From Lama guanicoe (taxonomy: Eukaryota): a stretch of 64,000 nt of DNA. The DNA lies in the NCBI GenBank assembly GCA_013239625.1, contig MU053934.1, forward strand, positions 6,156,399 through 6,220,398. Reading direction: 5' to 3'. Shown here one piece after another: positions 26,176 to 44,029 of this stretch (positions are counted from its first letter, which is position 1; each line of letters begins with the position of its first letter). Under the pieces are notes generated by a model, which was not told where the DNA came from, did not search any database, and worked only from the letters and a program-made list of their open reading frames with translations. The translations under genes were made by a program, and so were the position numbers.

Positions 26176-29100
26176 TGAAGTGGGGTGGGGGATGGAGGAG
26201 GCCAGTGGGACATGAGATGAGAGGCGCAGCCCTTGAATTAGGGCATTGCCCCGAATTCTAATGGGCTCTTTGGTTTAGTCTTTTTTTTTCCCTCTCTCTC
26301 TTTTCTTTTCCCCCCCTTTTCCCCCTCTCTTCTAACTCTGAAAATACCATTTGTTCACTGTGAACATGTTAGAAAATACTGAGAAAGCCTAAAGAAAACA
26401 AAAATCATCCTTAATTTTACCACACTAAAGATATCTTTTCTGGTCCTTTTTCTGTCATGTAACACTGTTTTGTTAGAGAAGTGATGCAGATATCAGGTTC
26501 TGATACATACTGCCAGTTGCTCTGGAGAGGGGACTGTAAAGTTCCCTTTCTGCCAGCATCACATGTGCACTCACTTGTGTGCTCTCCTGACCCCTGAGGA
26601 CCCTGTCGGCGGGTAGGTGGGTGGTGTCGCTGTTGGTAAATTTGAAGCGTCCGAGGCATGTGCAGTCAAGTCCCACACCTGGCGCGGGGCAAGGTTAGGG
26701 CCAGACCCCTATCCCTGCTCCCACTCAGTGCCCTCTCTGACTGCTTAACCTCCTTTGTGGGTTTTCCTCTTCTGTGGGTTTTGCTTAATGAGGTAGAAGG
26801 GGCCGGATGCCACACTGAAGTTTTTTCCTTTAATTCTCTTCACCCTTTCTTATGAAGCTAAATTCCTGCTCCTGCCTCCAGGCCCTGTTTGTGGTACCTT
26901 TGTGTGTGCCTACTCTTGGCAGCAGCAGGCCTCTCCCAGCTCTGGGCCTCCACCCTCTCCACCCCCCAGCAGTGGAAGCGGGCACTGCTCTTGGGGGGCC
27001 TTTGGCAGGGGCTGAATGCTGGCAGGGCTGTGGGCCGGCCGGGCACAGAGCAGGGCATGCAATTGAAAGCTCTTTGACTCCCAGGGTCAGCCCAGCTCAG
27101 AGAGCCTCTCGGACCCATGGGAAATGCTCAGGGCAGCTTTCCCATTCAAGTCCCTACTTCCCACCCTAGCCTGCTCGTTTGTGTCCTGGTGACACAGTGG
27201 CTCCACTCAGCTGAAGGAGCCCAGCCTGCTGGCCGGTGGTCTCCACGTTGGCAGCAGTCGTGCTGGGAGCTGGTAGCATTACATGGGCTCCTGTGGTGCT
27301 GGAAACTGGGTCCTCTTGAGCCCTAAGGCTGAATGACTGTCCACACGAGGGCCACTGCCTTCTCTGTCTAGTCCTCCCCTTACTTTATGGATTTAAAGTC
27401 TACCTTCTGGAGATGAGATTCACAGAATCATAGGATTTTAGAGCTCATTCCCTCATTTATTTAACAAATGTTTATTGAGCGTTAATTGTTTGGCAGACAC
27501 TGTGCTAGTTGCCTGGGATTCAGTGTGACACGACAGACGGGGGCTCTGCCTCCATGGGTCTCAGCATCTAGTAGGGAGATAGAAGCTAAACGATCACACA
27601 GATTGGTAACTGCCAACTTGTAAATATATATATTATGAAGGGAGAGTGTAGGACTCTGGAAGTATAAGAAAGTTGTCTAATTTAGACTTTGGAGGGGAAG
27701 GACAGACTCTGTGAGGATGTGACATGTAAGCTGAGACCTGAGAGATAAGTTAATGTTAACTGGAGGAAGGACATTCTAGACAGATCAGAGTACACAAAGG
27801 CCTTGGTGCCTTTGTGGAGTTGGAAGGCTTGTGAGGCTGCGGCTGTGAGGTGGGTGGGGCAGGCACAGGCAGGGCCTTGAGGACTGTGGGTGCCATCCTA
27901 GGAGTCGCTGAAGGGTGTGACAGGAGAGGGATGTGGCCAGATATACATTTGTTTGTAAAGGATCCCTCTGGTTGGAGCTCAGAGAGGCAGAGTGACCTGT
28001 CCAGGGTCACACAGACAACCAGAGAGGTATCTAGGCTGAACTCAGGTCGAGGCTCTGCTACATCGCTCTGTGGCTGCCTCGCTGCCTCTTACCCCCAGAT
28101 GCATAGACACACAACCACCTCCCTCCTGCCCTCGGTATCAGTTTTATAAGTGACTGATTTGTCCATGAGAAAACCAATATATTAATTACTCATCAAAAAG
28201 ACTGCCCTGGGGACCCAGGTTCTTTGTCTGCCATTCCTTCACTTGGGGGAACCACGTGGGCTCTCAGAAGGATGCAGGGTTGGTCTGGAGTTTAAATGAA
28301 GAGGGTTGCATGGTTTTAAGGGTATTTTATTAAGGACCCAGTGGAGCCCACAGTGAGTCCCTCCTCTGCCTCGGAGCGCGGCTTTCCCGTGCCCAGAGGC
28401 TGGCAGGTCTCATGTCCTAGGGCCTCCTCTGGGACTCTGCAGTCCTCTGTGGTCCCAGCCCTGTTGCCTCTGAGGTCTCACCTGTCCGGGGACATGCCGT
28501 GTCTTCCAGATAAACTCTGGCTTCGTGTCCATGTGCTGAGAAGCCTTCCCTTCCCCCTGAGGATGCTGCCCTTGAATGATAAGCAGAATCGGTACCACCC
28601 TGTTGTGTTGTTTTATTGAATCGTATGTTTCAGAATATGATTATTCGGAACAGTCTCATTTGGGGCCCATCAAACGTATTACTAAGTGTTGAGCACCTAC
28701 AACGTGCCAGACAGTGGTCGAGATGTTCTGAGATACAGTCTCCATAAGGGAGGTAGCTCTGTTTTTATTAGAATTTGGCTCTCTGCTCTGTGGTTGGACA
28801 GACCTAGTTTCAAACACGGACTCCTCTGTTTGACCCTGGAGTCTGCAGTAGGTTTCTGTTTTTGTACCTGTAAAATGGGCTTGATGACAGTATCTCCCTC
28901 CCTCGTGGGATGGGCTGTGAGGGTGTTTACACGGTGCTGTTTTTGTAGCGCGCCCTCAGTAAATGTCAGCCAGGATTACAGATGAGGCTCCAATGAAGAA
29001 GCAGCACCCAGCATGAGGCATTGTGGGACTGGCTTGTCCCCCTCCCCCACCGTGTCCCAGTTAGTCCCCTGGTGGCATGCCCCCTCACTGCTGGCCTTGG

Positions 29101-29444
29101 CTGAGGACTTGAGTGCCAGAGGGACCCTTGGAGATGATGTAGCCCAGGTCCTTCTACAAATAAGGAAACTGAGACCCAGAACAGGGAAGGGATTTGTTCT
29201 GGATCCACTCCCTGGCCAGGTGTCACAGAACTGGGCTCTGTCTCTGCTCCTTGTCTTTCTCTTGGGCCTGCCAGCTAAGGCTGTGGGCCACCATCCAAAC
29301 CTTTTGGAATGATTTGTAGAAGGCCTCCAGGAGAGGCCTGTCTTCAGAGCACCAGCATTTCAGAGTCACAGGGGTGGGGCTGTGGAGGGAGGAGGGCATG
29401 AGCGGACTGTGTTACTAATGCTGATTATTGATTTGTCTCAATAG

Positions 29445-29561
<117 letters not shown>

Positions 29562-32500
29562 TGAGGGTAGGCAGGGGGCCGGCTGCCCTCAGGGAGCCGG
29601 AGAGCTCTTCCAGGCCTGCGGGAGCAGGGGACTTGGGCGGGCGGGGGAATTGGATGACATCTCCATCAGCCCTTTGGCTCCTCCTCCTTCGTTTTGAAAT
29701 TAATTTTCATTGTGTCAGATTATACATTCTCAGTCTCTGTGTGAGAAATTAAAACAGTCCCTACTGACCATCTCAGTAACCAGCATTTTAAGATTGACAT
29801 GTTTCATCCTACACCTTCTTCTAAGCATTATGGTATTGCTTTTTGTTTTGCCTTTTTCCACAAGCATTATACCTTGTTGCACGGATAGCTGACATTTGAT
29901 GGGCACGTACCATGTGCCAGGCACCAGACTTGGCACTTAGCAGATACTACCTTACTCCTTGCTCACCACAACCTTGTGAGGTTGGGGGTTTTATTGTCCA
30001 CACCTGACAGATGAGGATGCTGAGGCGCAGAGAAGTTAATCTCCTTGCCCAGGGGCACCCAACTGGCCAAGTGTGGAGCCAGGATTTGCATCCAGCAGCC
30101 TGGCCCCAGAGCCAGCCCTCCGCACCACTGTGCTGCTTTGCGGCTTCTTGTTATACCAAGAGCTCTTCCCCACTCAGTGCACAGAGTGCTTCTCAGAGTC
30201 TTTGGCCCCATGATGATATACTGTAGGATGGAGGTACCAAAGGTGACTGCTTTGGTTTGTGGAGTACGCACTGCTTTGTGTCCACTTGCCATCCATCCTG
30301 TGTGTGAAACCTGTCTCTGTACCTTTCCAAGGTGACCTTTCTCCCCACCTCCATCCCAAGTCTCACTTCCAGGCCTTCCTTCAAGATGAGCTGAGTCAGG
30401 CTGTAATCCGATCCTGCATGGGCTCCCTGCACTGCCGCACTCTGAAACCAAAGCCCACAGATCACTGCTGTGCCCTTTTCAAACCATCGCCCTTGCCAGG
30501 AAGAGGACCCCTGGGAATGGCAGGTCACATCGGCCTGCAGGAGCTAGAAAGCCTCTGAGTGGGAGGGCTAGGTTGTAGGTGGACCCAACCTTGGCCTCTT
30601 GTCATCAAGGGGACCACAATCCAAGTGTCCCCCATTCCACCTCCATACAAATGCCCGGGCCTCTTTGGCAGCTTCTGGGCCAGAGTTTAGGGCAGTGAGT
30701 AATGGCAGTTCACATCTGCCACTGGCTAAGTGTATGTGCAGCCTGATGTATTAGTTCCTTTAAAAAGAAAGTTCCCAGGGAGCGTGTGATCTCTGCAGCT
30801 CTCCTCTCCTCTCCTCTCCCTCTCAGTGTTAGGCAGCTTTAATCCGCCGTGTCCAAATCAAACTTTAGTCCCTTTCCCTCCGCCTCAAATGCCCTGGTAG
30901 ATCTTCCTCCTCCACAGCTCTGCTTTCTGGTTGCCTCTGTGAAGCCCCTGGCCCTCCCCAGTGCTCAGCATTGGGGGTCTCCTGTGTGGTCCTCTGTGAG
31001 ACCCTTCACATTGTGACCACAGTGTGTGCTGAGTGCTTTCCTCACCGGACCGTGTGCTCTCTGGGGACAGGGACTGTGGCTTCTTTATTCCTCTCCAGCT
31101 CTGGGCCCAGGGCCAGTTCAGCACAGAATAGGTCCTTAGTGTATGCATGTTGTGCAGATTGATGGCTGAATTTCCAGTTTTACGTTCTAGATGTTAGTCC
31201 AGGCTAAAATACACTTCTCCCCTGCCGACCACTGAGGTCACTGTCACAACTAGCTTCATTGTGACGCTTTCTGCAGTCCTCGGGTCTCCGCTGACTGCTG
31301 CCTTTTGGACGTGGACCACACTCATGGTCTACACCGTGTGGCTACACTGAATGCTCTGTCTGGTCTTCGTGGATCAGACTTTTACAATCTTGGGGAGCTT
31401 TAGAGCTGTTTTTTTTTTGAGAGTTATGTTTTATTTGGCAGGAGGACTCGAGCAGGATGAGAGCCTGTCAGATCACGCTGAGGGACTGCTCCCTAGAGAT
31501 TATTTCAAATTGTTTTATATGGCTGAGGTGAGAAGGACCAGAGAAATGAAACAGTTAAACAGTGTTTTCTTTTGTTAAGGATTTTCTCTGTGTTGGCCTG
31601 TTCTCGCCAGCTGCCTCGCTCCTGGGGAAGGAGCAGGTCTTTTAACCTTCTGTATTCCCTCGATGTGAGACCCCTCAAGCCTTGCTGAGTCTGCTGGCTG
31701 CCCAGCCGAAGGCAGAGTCCCTGGGGGTTCTGTGACAATCCAGGGAGTCTGCGCACTGTTCATGCAGTCCTGCCAGTTTGTAGAGCCTTTCACGTCTCTG
31801 ATCCCATTTGTCCTTCCCAACATCCATGTGTGTGTGTTGGGGCATAATTCCATCTGACAGCAACCGAAGCTCAGATGAATGATCTTGCTGCAAAATAGTA
31901 AATAAAAATAATTCCTCTGCCAGGCATTACTGTTATAGCTTGATGTACATGTGCCCATTGAGTCCTTCAGTGAGGGGAGCAGTATTGTCGGCTACTTTTT
32001 TTTAATGGGAAGACAGGCTTGGAGAGTGAATAACTTGCCTGGGGGCCCACAGCTTAGTAGGTGGTGGGGCCAGAGCTCAGACCTAGGCACGGTTACTGTC
32101 GGCCGGGGCTTCCTAGAGCAGTCCTGCAGCCTCACAGTGTCTGGCACCTCGGGTGCCAGGTTGGTAGACAGGCCGGTGCTGGGATAGCTGCTCCTGTAGC
32201 CTCATCAAATTTTGGGGGGAAATGCTCCTTCCCAGCTAGGAGGAGAGCCTCAAGAAAGGGAACGCTGTGAACTAGGAGTGGTGACGAGGCCAGTCAGCAT
32301 CTTCCTTGAACAAATCGCTTCTCTTCTCAGAGACACCAGCACCGTCTGTGCTTTTTAGTGCAGCAGGGGAAAAACTCACGGCCTGTGCCCTCACTGGGTC
32401 TCAGTGCTTCCTTGCAGGTGCTGGAGCCAGGCTGTGAAAAATGTCTGCCCTGTTGAGAAAACAGATAAGCACACTTCACGCGTCCACCAACCACGTGAGG

Positions 32501-32856
32501 TAGGGAGTGTTGTCAGGAGCACCTTTCAGTGGTCAGCGCTCGTCCCCGGGCCTGTCATAGGACACATTGTTGTTTCATCTGGTTCTTGCCACGATCCTGG
32601 GGACAAGATGGTGTGGCCATTCCTATTGCTGAGCTAACAGACAAGGAAGCCAAGGTTCAGGGAGGCACCTACAGCCCAAGTCACACAGTCAGGGACTGCC
32701 AGCGCTGTTCGTGAGCCCAGGCCACCTGTCTCCACTCTGCACTGCAGAGGCCCCTTCCTGGAGGAGTGCCTAGGCGTGGCCCAGTGGCCTAGTGTCAGCA
32801 GGGCAGTTTTGCAAACCTCTTCGGGGCCCTACCATCATTCTCTGTGAGGACTTTAA

Positions 32857-33174
<318 letters not shown>

Positions 33175-33226
33175 TAAGTAAGCTGAAATGGGAACTCCAG
33201 CCAGTAGATTCCTGGTTGGAACATGA

Positions 33227-33487
<261 letters not shown>

Positions 33488-34693
33488 TGAGCCATAGTGA
33501 ATGGCCTTCCCCTGAGAATCTGTCCGGTCAATTTGGAGATTGGGGATGGATACTTAGAGGTTGAGGTTTGGTTGCCTGGTCCAGGTCCCTCATTAAACAG
33601 GAGATCAAGGCCCCTCAAGGATGGCAGATAACGTCCCTGTGGCCACAGAGTTAGGGGCTGAGCCAGCTTGGCCGCATCGTTGGGCTGTTGTGGGTGGTCC
33701 AGTAGAGGATCTCGCAGAGGGCCAAGGTGGTGGTGGGAGTGGAACCAGCCAGGACTTCAATCACAGAGCAGCCCTATCCTCACATCTTCCCTGGGCTGGA
33801 CATGGGGCCTCCCTCTTCCTTTGGATTAGAGACCATCACCTGTTAGTCCCCAAGACCAGGTAGGAACCAGGTAGGACTATGCATCACTCCTGGTGATCTG
33901 ACCTCAATGCCTGGGCCCTCAGAAATCCAGGTAGACTTGGAACGAGCCTTAGAGTTGGTTCAGTCCAGACTTCCCCTGCCTCAGCTCCACAGCAGCCCCA
34001 CAGAGCTGCTGGTCAGCCAGCCCTTGTCTCCCTTCAGTGATGTGGGGCTTGGCCTCATAGGTGGCCCTGCTGCCATTGCACAGCTCAGTAGGAATTTGGT
34101 AACACAAACGCAGACCCGTGTCCGACCAACCCCATGAGGCTGATCTCAGTCAGGACATCTGTAACCTCTCCAGTTCTTTGGGTGGCTCCATGGTCCAGGC
34201 AGTGGATGTCATTCCAGTCTTACTGCTGGAAAACTCAGAAACATTTCCACATAGCACCATGGTGTGGCTGACAGAGTGCACACCAGGCAGACGGGCCTAG
34301 ACCCAAAGGCCTCGCCTGCGCTTGCTTTACGGCATGACCTTGGACCTCTCTGAACCAGTTCCCTCACCTGCACAATGGACACAGTAACAGCCAGGTAGTC
34401 AGTCTGGCCAGGTCAGCTGTCACTACATGGTGGCTGTCTAGTTGCTGAGCAGGACAGCCAGGCCCAGCACTGGAACCTGCTGGTAGGGGCTGACCCTTGA
34501 GTTCCCTTCATTCTATCCAGAGGCTACTCTAAGAGCTCTGGCCCTGTGGTCTCTCTTCACTGGCCCTCCTTTTAACCCTGGGCCACGAGGGCAGTGAGAG
34601 CAAGGGAAGAAATGATGCCAGCTCCCTGGTGTGAAGACGTGTGCACGTCCAGCAGGTGTATGGGACCCTCACCCAGCTGCTGTTCCTCCACAG

Positions 34694-34798
34694 GCATGGC
34701 GACAATCTGCAACATGGGCGCAGAAATTGGGGCCACCACATCAGTGTTCCCTTACAACCACCGGATGAAGAAATACCTGAACAAGACAGGCCGGGCAG
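34694..34798 (+). CDS. ACO2: ACO2 exon 7 (105 nt; [34 protein letters not shown])
   Basis: cctccacag| ... |gtaagc. Contains the [10 protein letters not shown] motif. Confidence 0.98.
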
Positions 34799-35180
34799 GT
34801 AAGCTGGTGTCTCCGGACAGGCTTCAGAGGCCTTGAGAAGCCCTAATGGTTTACGAGGAGTGATGTGTGTTACTGCTCCTATGTAGGATGTCTGTAGCTC
34901 TCATCAGCTTCTTGAAGGATCTGGCATCTAAGTGTGAGATATCTCTGCCACAGGCTTGAAATTTAGTTTCACCTGAAAGGGTGTCTGAATACTGATTCTT
35001 GGCCTGGTCCCTGGTGCCCTCTGCGGGACACTCTGGAAATGACATGGATCTGCTTCTGTTTGTAATTCCTGCCCTAGCAGCGGGAGGAGGAAGAATATTC
35101 AGAGCAAGAACCGCTTTCTTAGCCTCCCCCAGCTACTTCCCTGAGGTTCTAGCTTGGTTTCTTTGAAACCTAGACTTGGA

Positions 35181-35382
35181 GGGGAGGGGGACGCTCAGTG
35201 GTAGAGTGCCTGTCTAGCACGCACAGGGTCCTGGGTTCAATCCCCAGTCCCTCCACTTATTTAACTACCTTACTTATTTTTTGTAAGTATTAAGTATTTA
35301 AGTACCTTACTTATTTTTTTAAATAAGTAAATAAATACATCTAATTATCTCCTCCCCACCCCCTCAAAAAAAGAGAAAAGAA
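35181..35382 (+). mobile_element. tRNA-derived SINE (Vic-1-like, long form) in ACO2 intron 7
   Basis: tRNA-like head, AT-rich middle, A tail. TSD tgaaacctaga(c/g)ttgga at 35164-35180 and 35383-35399. Confidence 0.85.
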
Positions 35383-35880
35383 TGAAACCTAGAGTTGGAA
35401 ATGGGGCCTGCAGGAGGGATCCTGGGAGCCTCTGAAGGGAGGTGAGCATGGGCAATTGGTGGAGCCAGAGGCCAGGGGACCCTGGGGAGAGCCTGTCAGT
35501 TTGTTTCCAAGGTCTGCACACATGGAGTCCTACCTGGAAGGCCCTCCACTTGCTTCTTATCAAGTAACTTCTCCTTTAAAACTCGGCACTTCTCATCTCC
35601 AGGAAGCCTTCCCTGACTCTGAACCTCAGTCAGTGCTTCTCCTGTGCCCCTGTGTTCCTCTGTGCCTTTGTTATATCATGTTGTAACTTCCAGCTTACTG
35701 ATGGCTCTTCAAGGGCAGGGACAGTGGCTTGTGCTGTTTGTTCTGTTCCTCGGTTGGCCCAGCCAGTGCCCAGGGCCCAGTGTCTGGCAGGTGCCAGGTG
35801 ACCATGGCCCATGTGGGTGGATGAAGTCTCGTGACCAGTTTGCCTTTTACGTGCTGGTCTCCCTCCCTTGTTGACTTCAG

Positions 35881-35972
35881 ACATTGCCAACCTCGCTGAC
35901 GAATTCAAGGATCACTTGGTGCCTGACCCTGGCTGCCATTATGACCAACTAATTGAAATTAACCTCAACGAG
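35881..35972 (+). CDS. ACO2: ACO2 exon 8 (92 nt; [31 protein letters not shown])
   Basis: ttgacttcag| ... |gtgagg. Confidence 0.97.
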
Positions 35973-36414
35973 GTGAGGAAGGGAATTGAGTCCAGAAAGT
36001 TTCTAAGGGTTGGGGTTGGGGGAGGGTTTCAAGCCTCATCGAGGGACTTCCGGTGCGCCCTGGGGAGAGGCATGGCAGGTCCCTGCCTGCACACCCAGCA
36101 GGGCTCTTGGGCTTTTTGTTCCCGGGCATCCCTGTAAACTGCTGCCTGAATCAGGCCTCAGTGGGGTGGGCAGGGCAGCGGGAAGGATGTATGGCTGAGG
36201 GGAGAGTGGAGGTGGCTGTGGCTGTGGCTGGTGACTCAGGAACGTTCACTTTGTCCCTGCCTCAGCTTTAGCAAAAGCCAAGATTTCGCCCCGGAGTTTG
36301 CTTTGTTGTGAGAGTTTAGCCAGCAAGGCCCAAGATTCCCAGGCCTGAGCCTGGCACCCTGAGACCTGTAGACCAGGGCAGTGTTTGGAAGGTCAGAGGA
36401 AGGGCAGTCTGGAG

Positions 36415-36595
36415 CAGGCAGCGTAGGGTGGCTGAGGGTTTAGGCCCTGAAGCCAGTCTGCTTGAGTTCAAATCCTGACTCTGCCACGTAAGCCTGTGAC
36501 CTTGGGAAAGTGACCTAGCCTCTGTGGGCCTCACTTCATCATGTGTAAAGCCCAAGGCGGTCCTGGGAATTGAATGAGCTAATTCATGTAATAGC
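36415..36595 (+). mobile_element. MIR SINE (one example; other MIRs at about 1670-1810, 2560-2780, 29900-30135, 37560-37770, 52725-52945)
   Basis: gagttcaaatcctgactctgccac...tgtgaccttgggaaagtgacctagcctctgtgggcctcacttc matches the MIR core. Confidence 0.7.
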
Positions 36596-36924
36596 AGTTG
36601 CTAACATCTATTGAGCACCTGCTGTGTGCCAGGCACTTCACTAAGTGCTTCACATTGATTGAAAAGTATTAGCACATGTAAAGCATCTGGCCTTAAGTCT
36701 GTTTTTTCATAAGATTCCAAAAGCAGCATGGTATGGGAGATAATGGACTTAGGAAGCTGGCAACCTTGGTTCATCCCATGCCTCTGGGTCTCCTAGCTGT
36801 GTGACCTTGAGCAAGGCGCGGCAGCTTCGTCATCTGCAGGCTGGAGATAACGAGCTGTGGGTGTTGGGAGGGATCCCAGCAGCTGGTGCACGTACAGTGC
36901 CCGTTGCTCCAGTCCCTGGCATGA

Positions 36925-37257
<333 letters not shown>

Positions 37258-38295
37258 TAGTTGGGTTTTTCTTTATGGCTTTTTAGAGAAATTCCTTTTT
37301 CTTGGTATAAAAGACTATCTATCAGCCTAGAGAATATTGACAAACAAGAAGTTTAAAACACCTCTGTTCCCAACCTTCAGCCAGAATCAGCTCTAGGAGC
37401 GGACAGGTGTCCTTTGTTTCTGTGACATGCGCATACTGATGTCTGTTTTTCTGTTTTACAAACACTTCCTCATACCAACCATGATGCCTGATTTTACTTT
37501 ACTTGCTTTACATATATGGACTCACTGGCACGTTGGTATCACTGGCACCGACCACTGTCACAGTACAGTGTGGCTGTGAAGCACGTGAACTGGGTGGCCT
37601 GCGTTTGAGTCTGACTCTGCCGCTTCACAGCTGGGTGACCATGAGCAAGTTACTTCCCTTCCTGTGCCTCGGTTCCCCATCTGTAGAACAGGGGTGATAC
37701 CATACTCTCCCATTAAAATTGCTGGGAGGAGGGACGAGTCAAGACATGGAGAGCTTGTACAGTGCCTGGTATGAAATGCTGTATAATGTATTCGCCCTCA
37801 ATAGTTGAAGTAAATACAAAGAAATCTTCGGTAGTTTAATAAGTAGAAAATAAATCACTGAATTGATGAGACTGTCTATGGACAGTGTGATGTCACCCAG
37901 TCTTCATTGACTCTTTGAGTAGCTATGATAGACTTTTTAAAAAGAACTCTTTCCCCAATTATAAACCAGTTAAAAAGCCAGGGAATACTACAAAGTATAA
38001 AAGAAGAACATTGGCATCTGTAGGCCCTCAGCCAGCCATGGTCGTGTTTAAATATTTCAGCGCGGGCCCTCTGAGGTGTGCACATGCCGATTGTGTCAGT
38101 GTAAGAGTGGCTTATTCTACTACCACATGTGTTCAGTGTCATGGTCAGTGGCTGCATCGTCTTCCCTTAAATAGCTGGGTCAAGAGGAGCCTCTTCTTTA
38201 CTCTTAGACAGTTAGGTTGCTTTCAGCTTATCTCTTAAGAACAGCCCCTGGCCCAGCACAGTTGGTGAACTCTTGACCAGATCTGGATAGTTTGA

Positions 38296-38565
<270 letters not shown>

Positions 38566-38707
38566 TAATGTGGCTTCAGGGTGGGACAGGCCACAGCCTG
38601 GTAGGCAAGTGCTGGTTCAGTTCCCAGGAGCCGCCCCAGGGTTCTGATACAGCTCTTCCTCCTTCAGGCTGAACCACCCTTTTCCATCAGCCACCTGCCC
38701 ACCCTGA

Positions 38708-38809
<102 letters not shown>

Positions 38810-39194
38810 TGAGAAGCGCACATTCGATAGGACAACCCCATCTTTGATAAGAGGGCCCCGATGTCCTGGGATACAGAGCCCCACATTGTTGAGGGGAGAT
38901 GTTGTTGGTGGGAGGAGAAGACTCAGCCCAAGGCCTCTAGCTTCAGAGGCTGTTGCACTAGAAGACTTCTCCAGGCAGGACTGAAAGTTGGGCAGGAAGG
39001 AAAGAGCAGCAGCACTGAGGGCCACTGGGCTGCAGCTGAGGGTGCAGGAAGAAGCCAGGGAGCCTCACCCTCATGGCACCGTGGGGGGCTCTGATGGAGT
39101 CTTGGAAGGAGGCAGTGGCCCCAGATCAGGAAACTCTGGCCTCGGTCTGTTTCTGTCTTCTGTGTGGTCTCAAGCAGACCTCGGTGATGCCTGA

Positions 39195-39866
<672 letters not shown>

Positions 39867-39925
39867 TGAGCAGGAGGGAGCCCCATGCTCTGGGCATTTA
39901 GTGGTTGTCAGCACATGGCCAGTCT

Positions 39926-40074
39926 TTTTTGGTTTGGTTTTGGGGTTTTTTTGTTTGTTTTGGGGGGGGGATTAGGTTTATTTATTATTATTTTTAATGG
40001 AGGTACCAGGGATTGAACCCAGGACCTCGTGCATGCCAAGCACTGCACTCTTCCACTGGGCTATAACCTCCGCC
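39926..40074 (-). mobile_element. tRNA-derived SINE (Vic-1-like) in ACO2 intron 12, antisense
   Basis: Reverse complement reads tatagcccagtggaagagtgc...gcatgcacgaggtcctgggttcaatccc...aataaacctaat plus an A-rich tail. Confidence 0.85.
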
Positions 40075-40484
40075 TGACTTGGTTTTTTAAATGAGTGTTC
40101 CAGAAATACTCTTGTGGAAAACGGCCCCTTCTGTGTTTTCAGTGTGCTGCCCGGTTATGAACGTTCATTGCAGTGGCTTTTCTGTGCCAGGGCCTCTCCA
40201 GGGCCAGGGTGCGCCTGTGAGGGGAGACGAGCACGCCATGGGCCATGCTGGCCCTGCCTCAGGGGGCTGAGGGCCAGGCCCAGTGCCGTGTGGTGGAGGC
40301 CAGACTGCCACACGGTCCTGGGCCCAGAGATTCCTGCGGCTCCCGCCTCTGAGAGGAAGACTGGTCTGTGGAGAATTTAGACATTTCCTGGGCTCCATCT
40401 CAGTTTTGGCTTAGGCTTCTGCTGAGGTGGAGGGATGGGAGTAGTGTGTGGTGCTGACCAGCACACCGGCCACCTCCATTTCAG

Positions 40485-40607
40485 ATCGTCACAGCCCTGG
40501 CCATTGCTGGCACCCTCAAGTTCAACCCGGAGACTGACTTCCTGACGGGCAAGGATGGCAAGAAGTTTAAGCTGGAAGCTCCAGATGCAGACGAGCTTCC
40601 CCGCGCG
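40485..40607 (+). CDS. ACO2: ACO2 exon 13 (123 nt; [41 protein letters not shown])
   Basis: catttcag| ... |gtaagc. Confidence 0.97.
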
Positions 40608-40611
40608 GTAA

Positions 40612-41109
<498 letters not shown>

Positions 41110-41466
41110 TAGGGGCAGGAAGGGAGGTGTGGCCGCAGAGGAACAAGGGCTTCTGTGGTCCAGTGTCCCCTCTTCCCCTGCCCCGGACAGAACTGGATCT
41201 GGCCAGCTGCTGTCTGGGGCTCCCAGCAGTCTGTCTGCAGCTGGGGAGGGCTACGTCCAGTGGGTGTGGGCGGTGAATGTGGGAGGTCTCCGGCCGTCTG
41301 GCCTGACCAGCTGTGTTCCCATGGTGGGGCATCAGTGGGTATGACTTGTGTTTAGGAGCCAAACAGATACAGGCCTTTGTGGTGTGGCCAGAGGCCTCAG
41401 ACCCATGACAGACACGCATTTATGGTGTTTACCAAGGGGTTTCCAGGCAGTGACACCCAGTATTAA

Positions 41467-41826
<360 letters not shown>

Positions 41827-42246
41827 TGATGGGGACAGGGATGGGGTCCTCTGGCACCTCCTGGTGGCGGGGTTGGACACAGTGGGTGGTCTCCACCCAG
41901 GAGCCCACACCAGTAATAGCGATGAAGTTGAAGACGTCATGGCGGCAGTCCCGTGTCTGTCACCCCGACTGCGCCCTCCACCCACACCTGCCTCCAGGTT
42001 AAGCACTGACGGGCAGGTCACACCTGGGTGCCAGGACCACTGCAGACAGCCAGGGCCAGTGTCTGATCACCTTTCTTCCCAGGGCCTGATTTGGGCCTGA
42101 TTCACCTCTGAGTTCACCTGCCCTTGGGGAGCAGGTGAGGAGAGGACTCTCTACCCCCTTGTCCTGTGAGCCTTGGGAAGCCCAGAGGCTAATGAGCAGG
42201 GCCAGTGCCCTCCCCTCCCTCATAAAGTCCCTCCTTACTTGTGTGA

Positions 42247-42459
<213 letters not shown>

Positions 42460-42845
42460 TGACTTGGGCCTGGAGCCACGTGCCTGGTCTCTAGGCTGTG
42501 TCCACAACTCCTGTTTGCCACCACAGCCCACTAGCCTCCAGCCTCTGCCCCTTCTGATCTGTGTTGAGTCTGACATCCACAACTTCCCATCTCAGGCTTG
42601 TACTTGTCTTGCTTTGAAACTTGTAGACCTAAACAGTTGAAATCCAGGGCACATGGTCAAAGGATCTTCTCCGATTGTCAGAGTCTATCGGGAAGGCCTT
42701 AGAGAAACAATCACCAGAGCACACGTGCACAGGACCTAGCAAAGGGTCCCCAGTCACTGGAGCACAGCCAGTCTGGTCCTTGTAGTCACTGCCCCAGGTT
42801 TGTCCCCATGTGGCAGGACTAGGGGTGTCTCTCCCAGAGCCCTGA

Positions 42846-43106
<261 letters not shown>

Positions 43107-43487
43107 TAAGAGGGGTTGGGGGCAGCCACCTTGGTCCTCTACCTTCTATGCCTGGCCCCACCTGCACCTCCTCCCATGAACCTTTGTTCCAGCCAGAAGG
43201 GCCCTTAAATTCTCCAGGCAGCCCCCCAGAGAGGGCAGGAAGTGCCTTTCCAGAGACGAGGGTGGCATTGGCTCAGGCCCTCCTGCCCTCCATTAGCCCA
43301 GGTGTGGCACTCAGAGGCCAACAGCCCATGCCCAGCAGGACCCTTTTGACCCCAGGAGTTAAACCATCCAGGTGGCCACCCAGGCCCAGACCTGGCCCAG
43401 GACTTGGTTCGCCTCACTGGCCTGAAGGCCCCAGGGCAGTGTCCTCCCTTCCTGACCCTCTGGAAGAACCGAGGGCCGTGTTCCTGA

Positions 43488-43661
<174 letters not shown>

Positions 43662-44029
43662 GGTTGTGCTCTGCCACCACCGTCCTCCCGCCCTGCTCCT
43701 CGGACCCAGCTCTGGTGTCACACGTGCAGTTCTGCGTCATCAGAACCAGATCTGATCCTATCCAGCCACGACTTCCTGCTCCGAGATGGTGTGGCCAAGG
43801 CCTCCTGCCCTCCCCACCTCGGTCCACGGAGCGACCCAGAGTTGGGGGCAGGGGGTTCTTCATATGTTTCAAACCCCTCCACTTCTTGTTTTTAGTTTGG
43901 TTCAGATCTCAAGCAGCTTCATGCAACTATTTATTTTTGATGAAAAGACTCCCATCCAAAGTTTTCCTCCTGCCTGTTCATTTCACTTGTGGCTGAAGGA
44001 TTTTAAAGAAACTTTTGCTCTTGTAAGGA

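Noticed and set aside
33855..33876. accaggtagga x2 and similar micro-duplications
   Set aside because: Ordinary slippage-scale repeats with no evidence of function.
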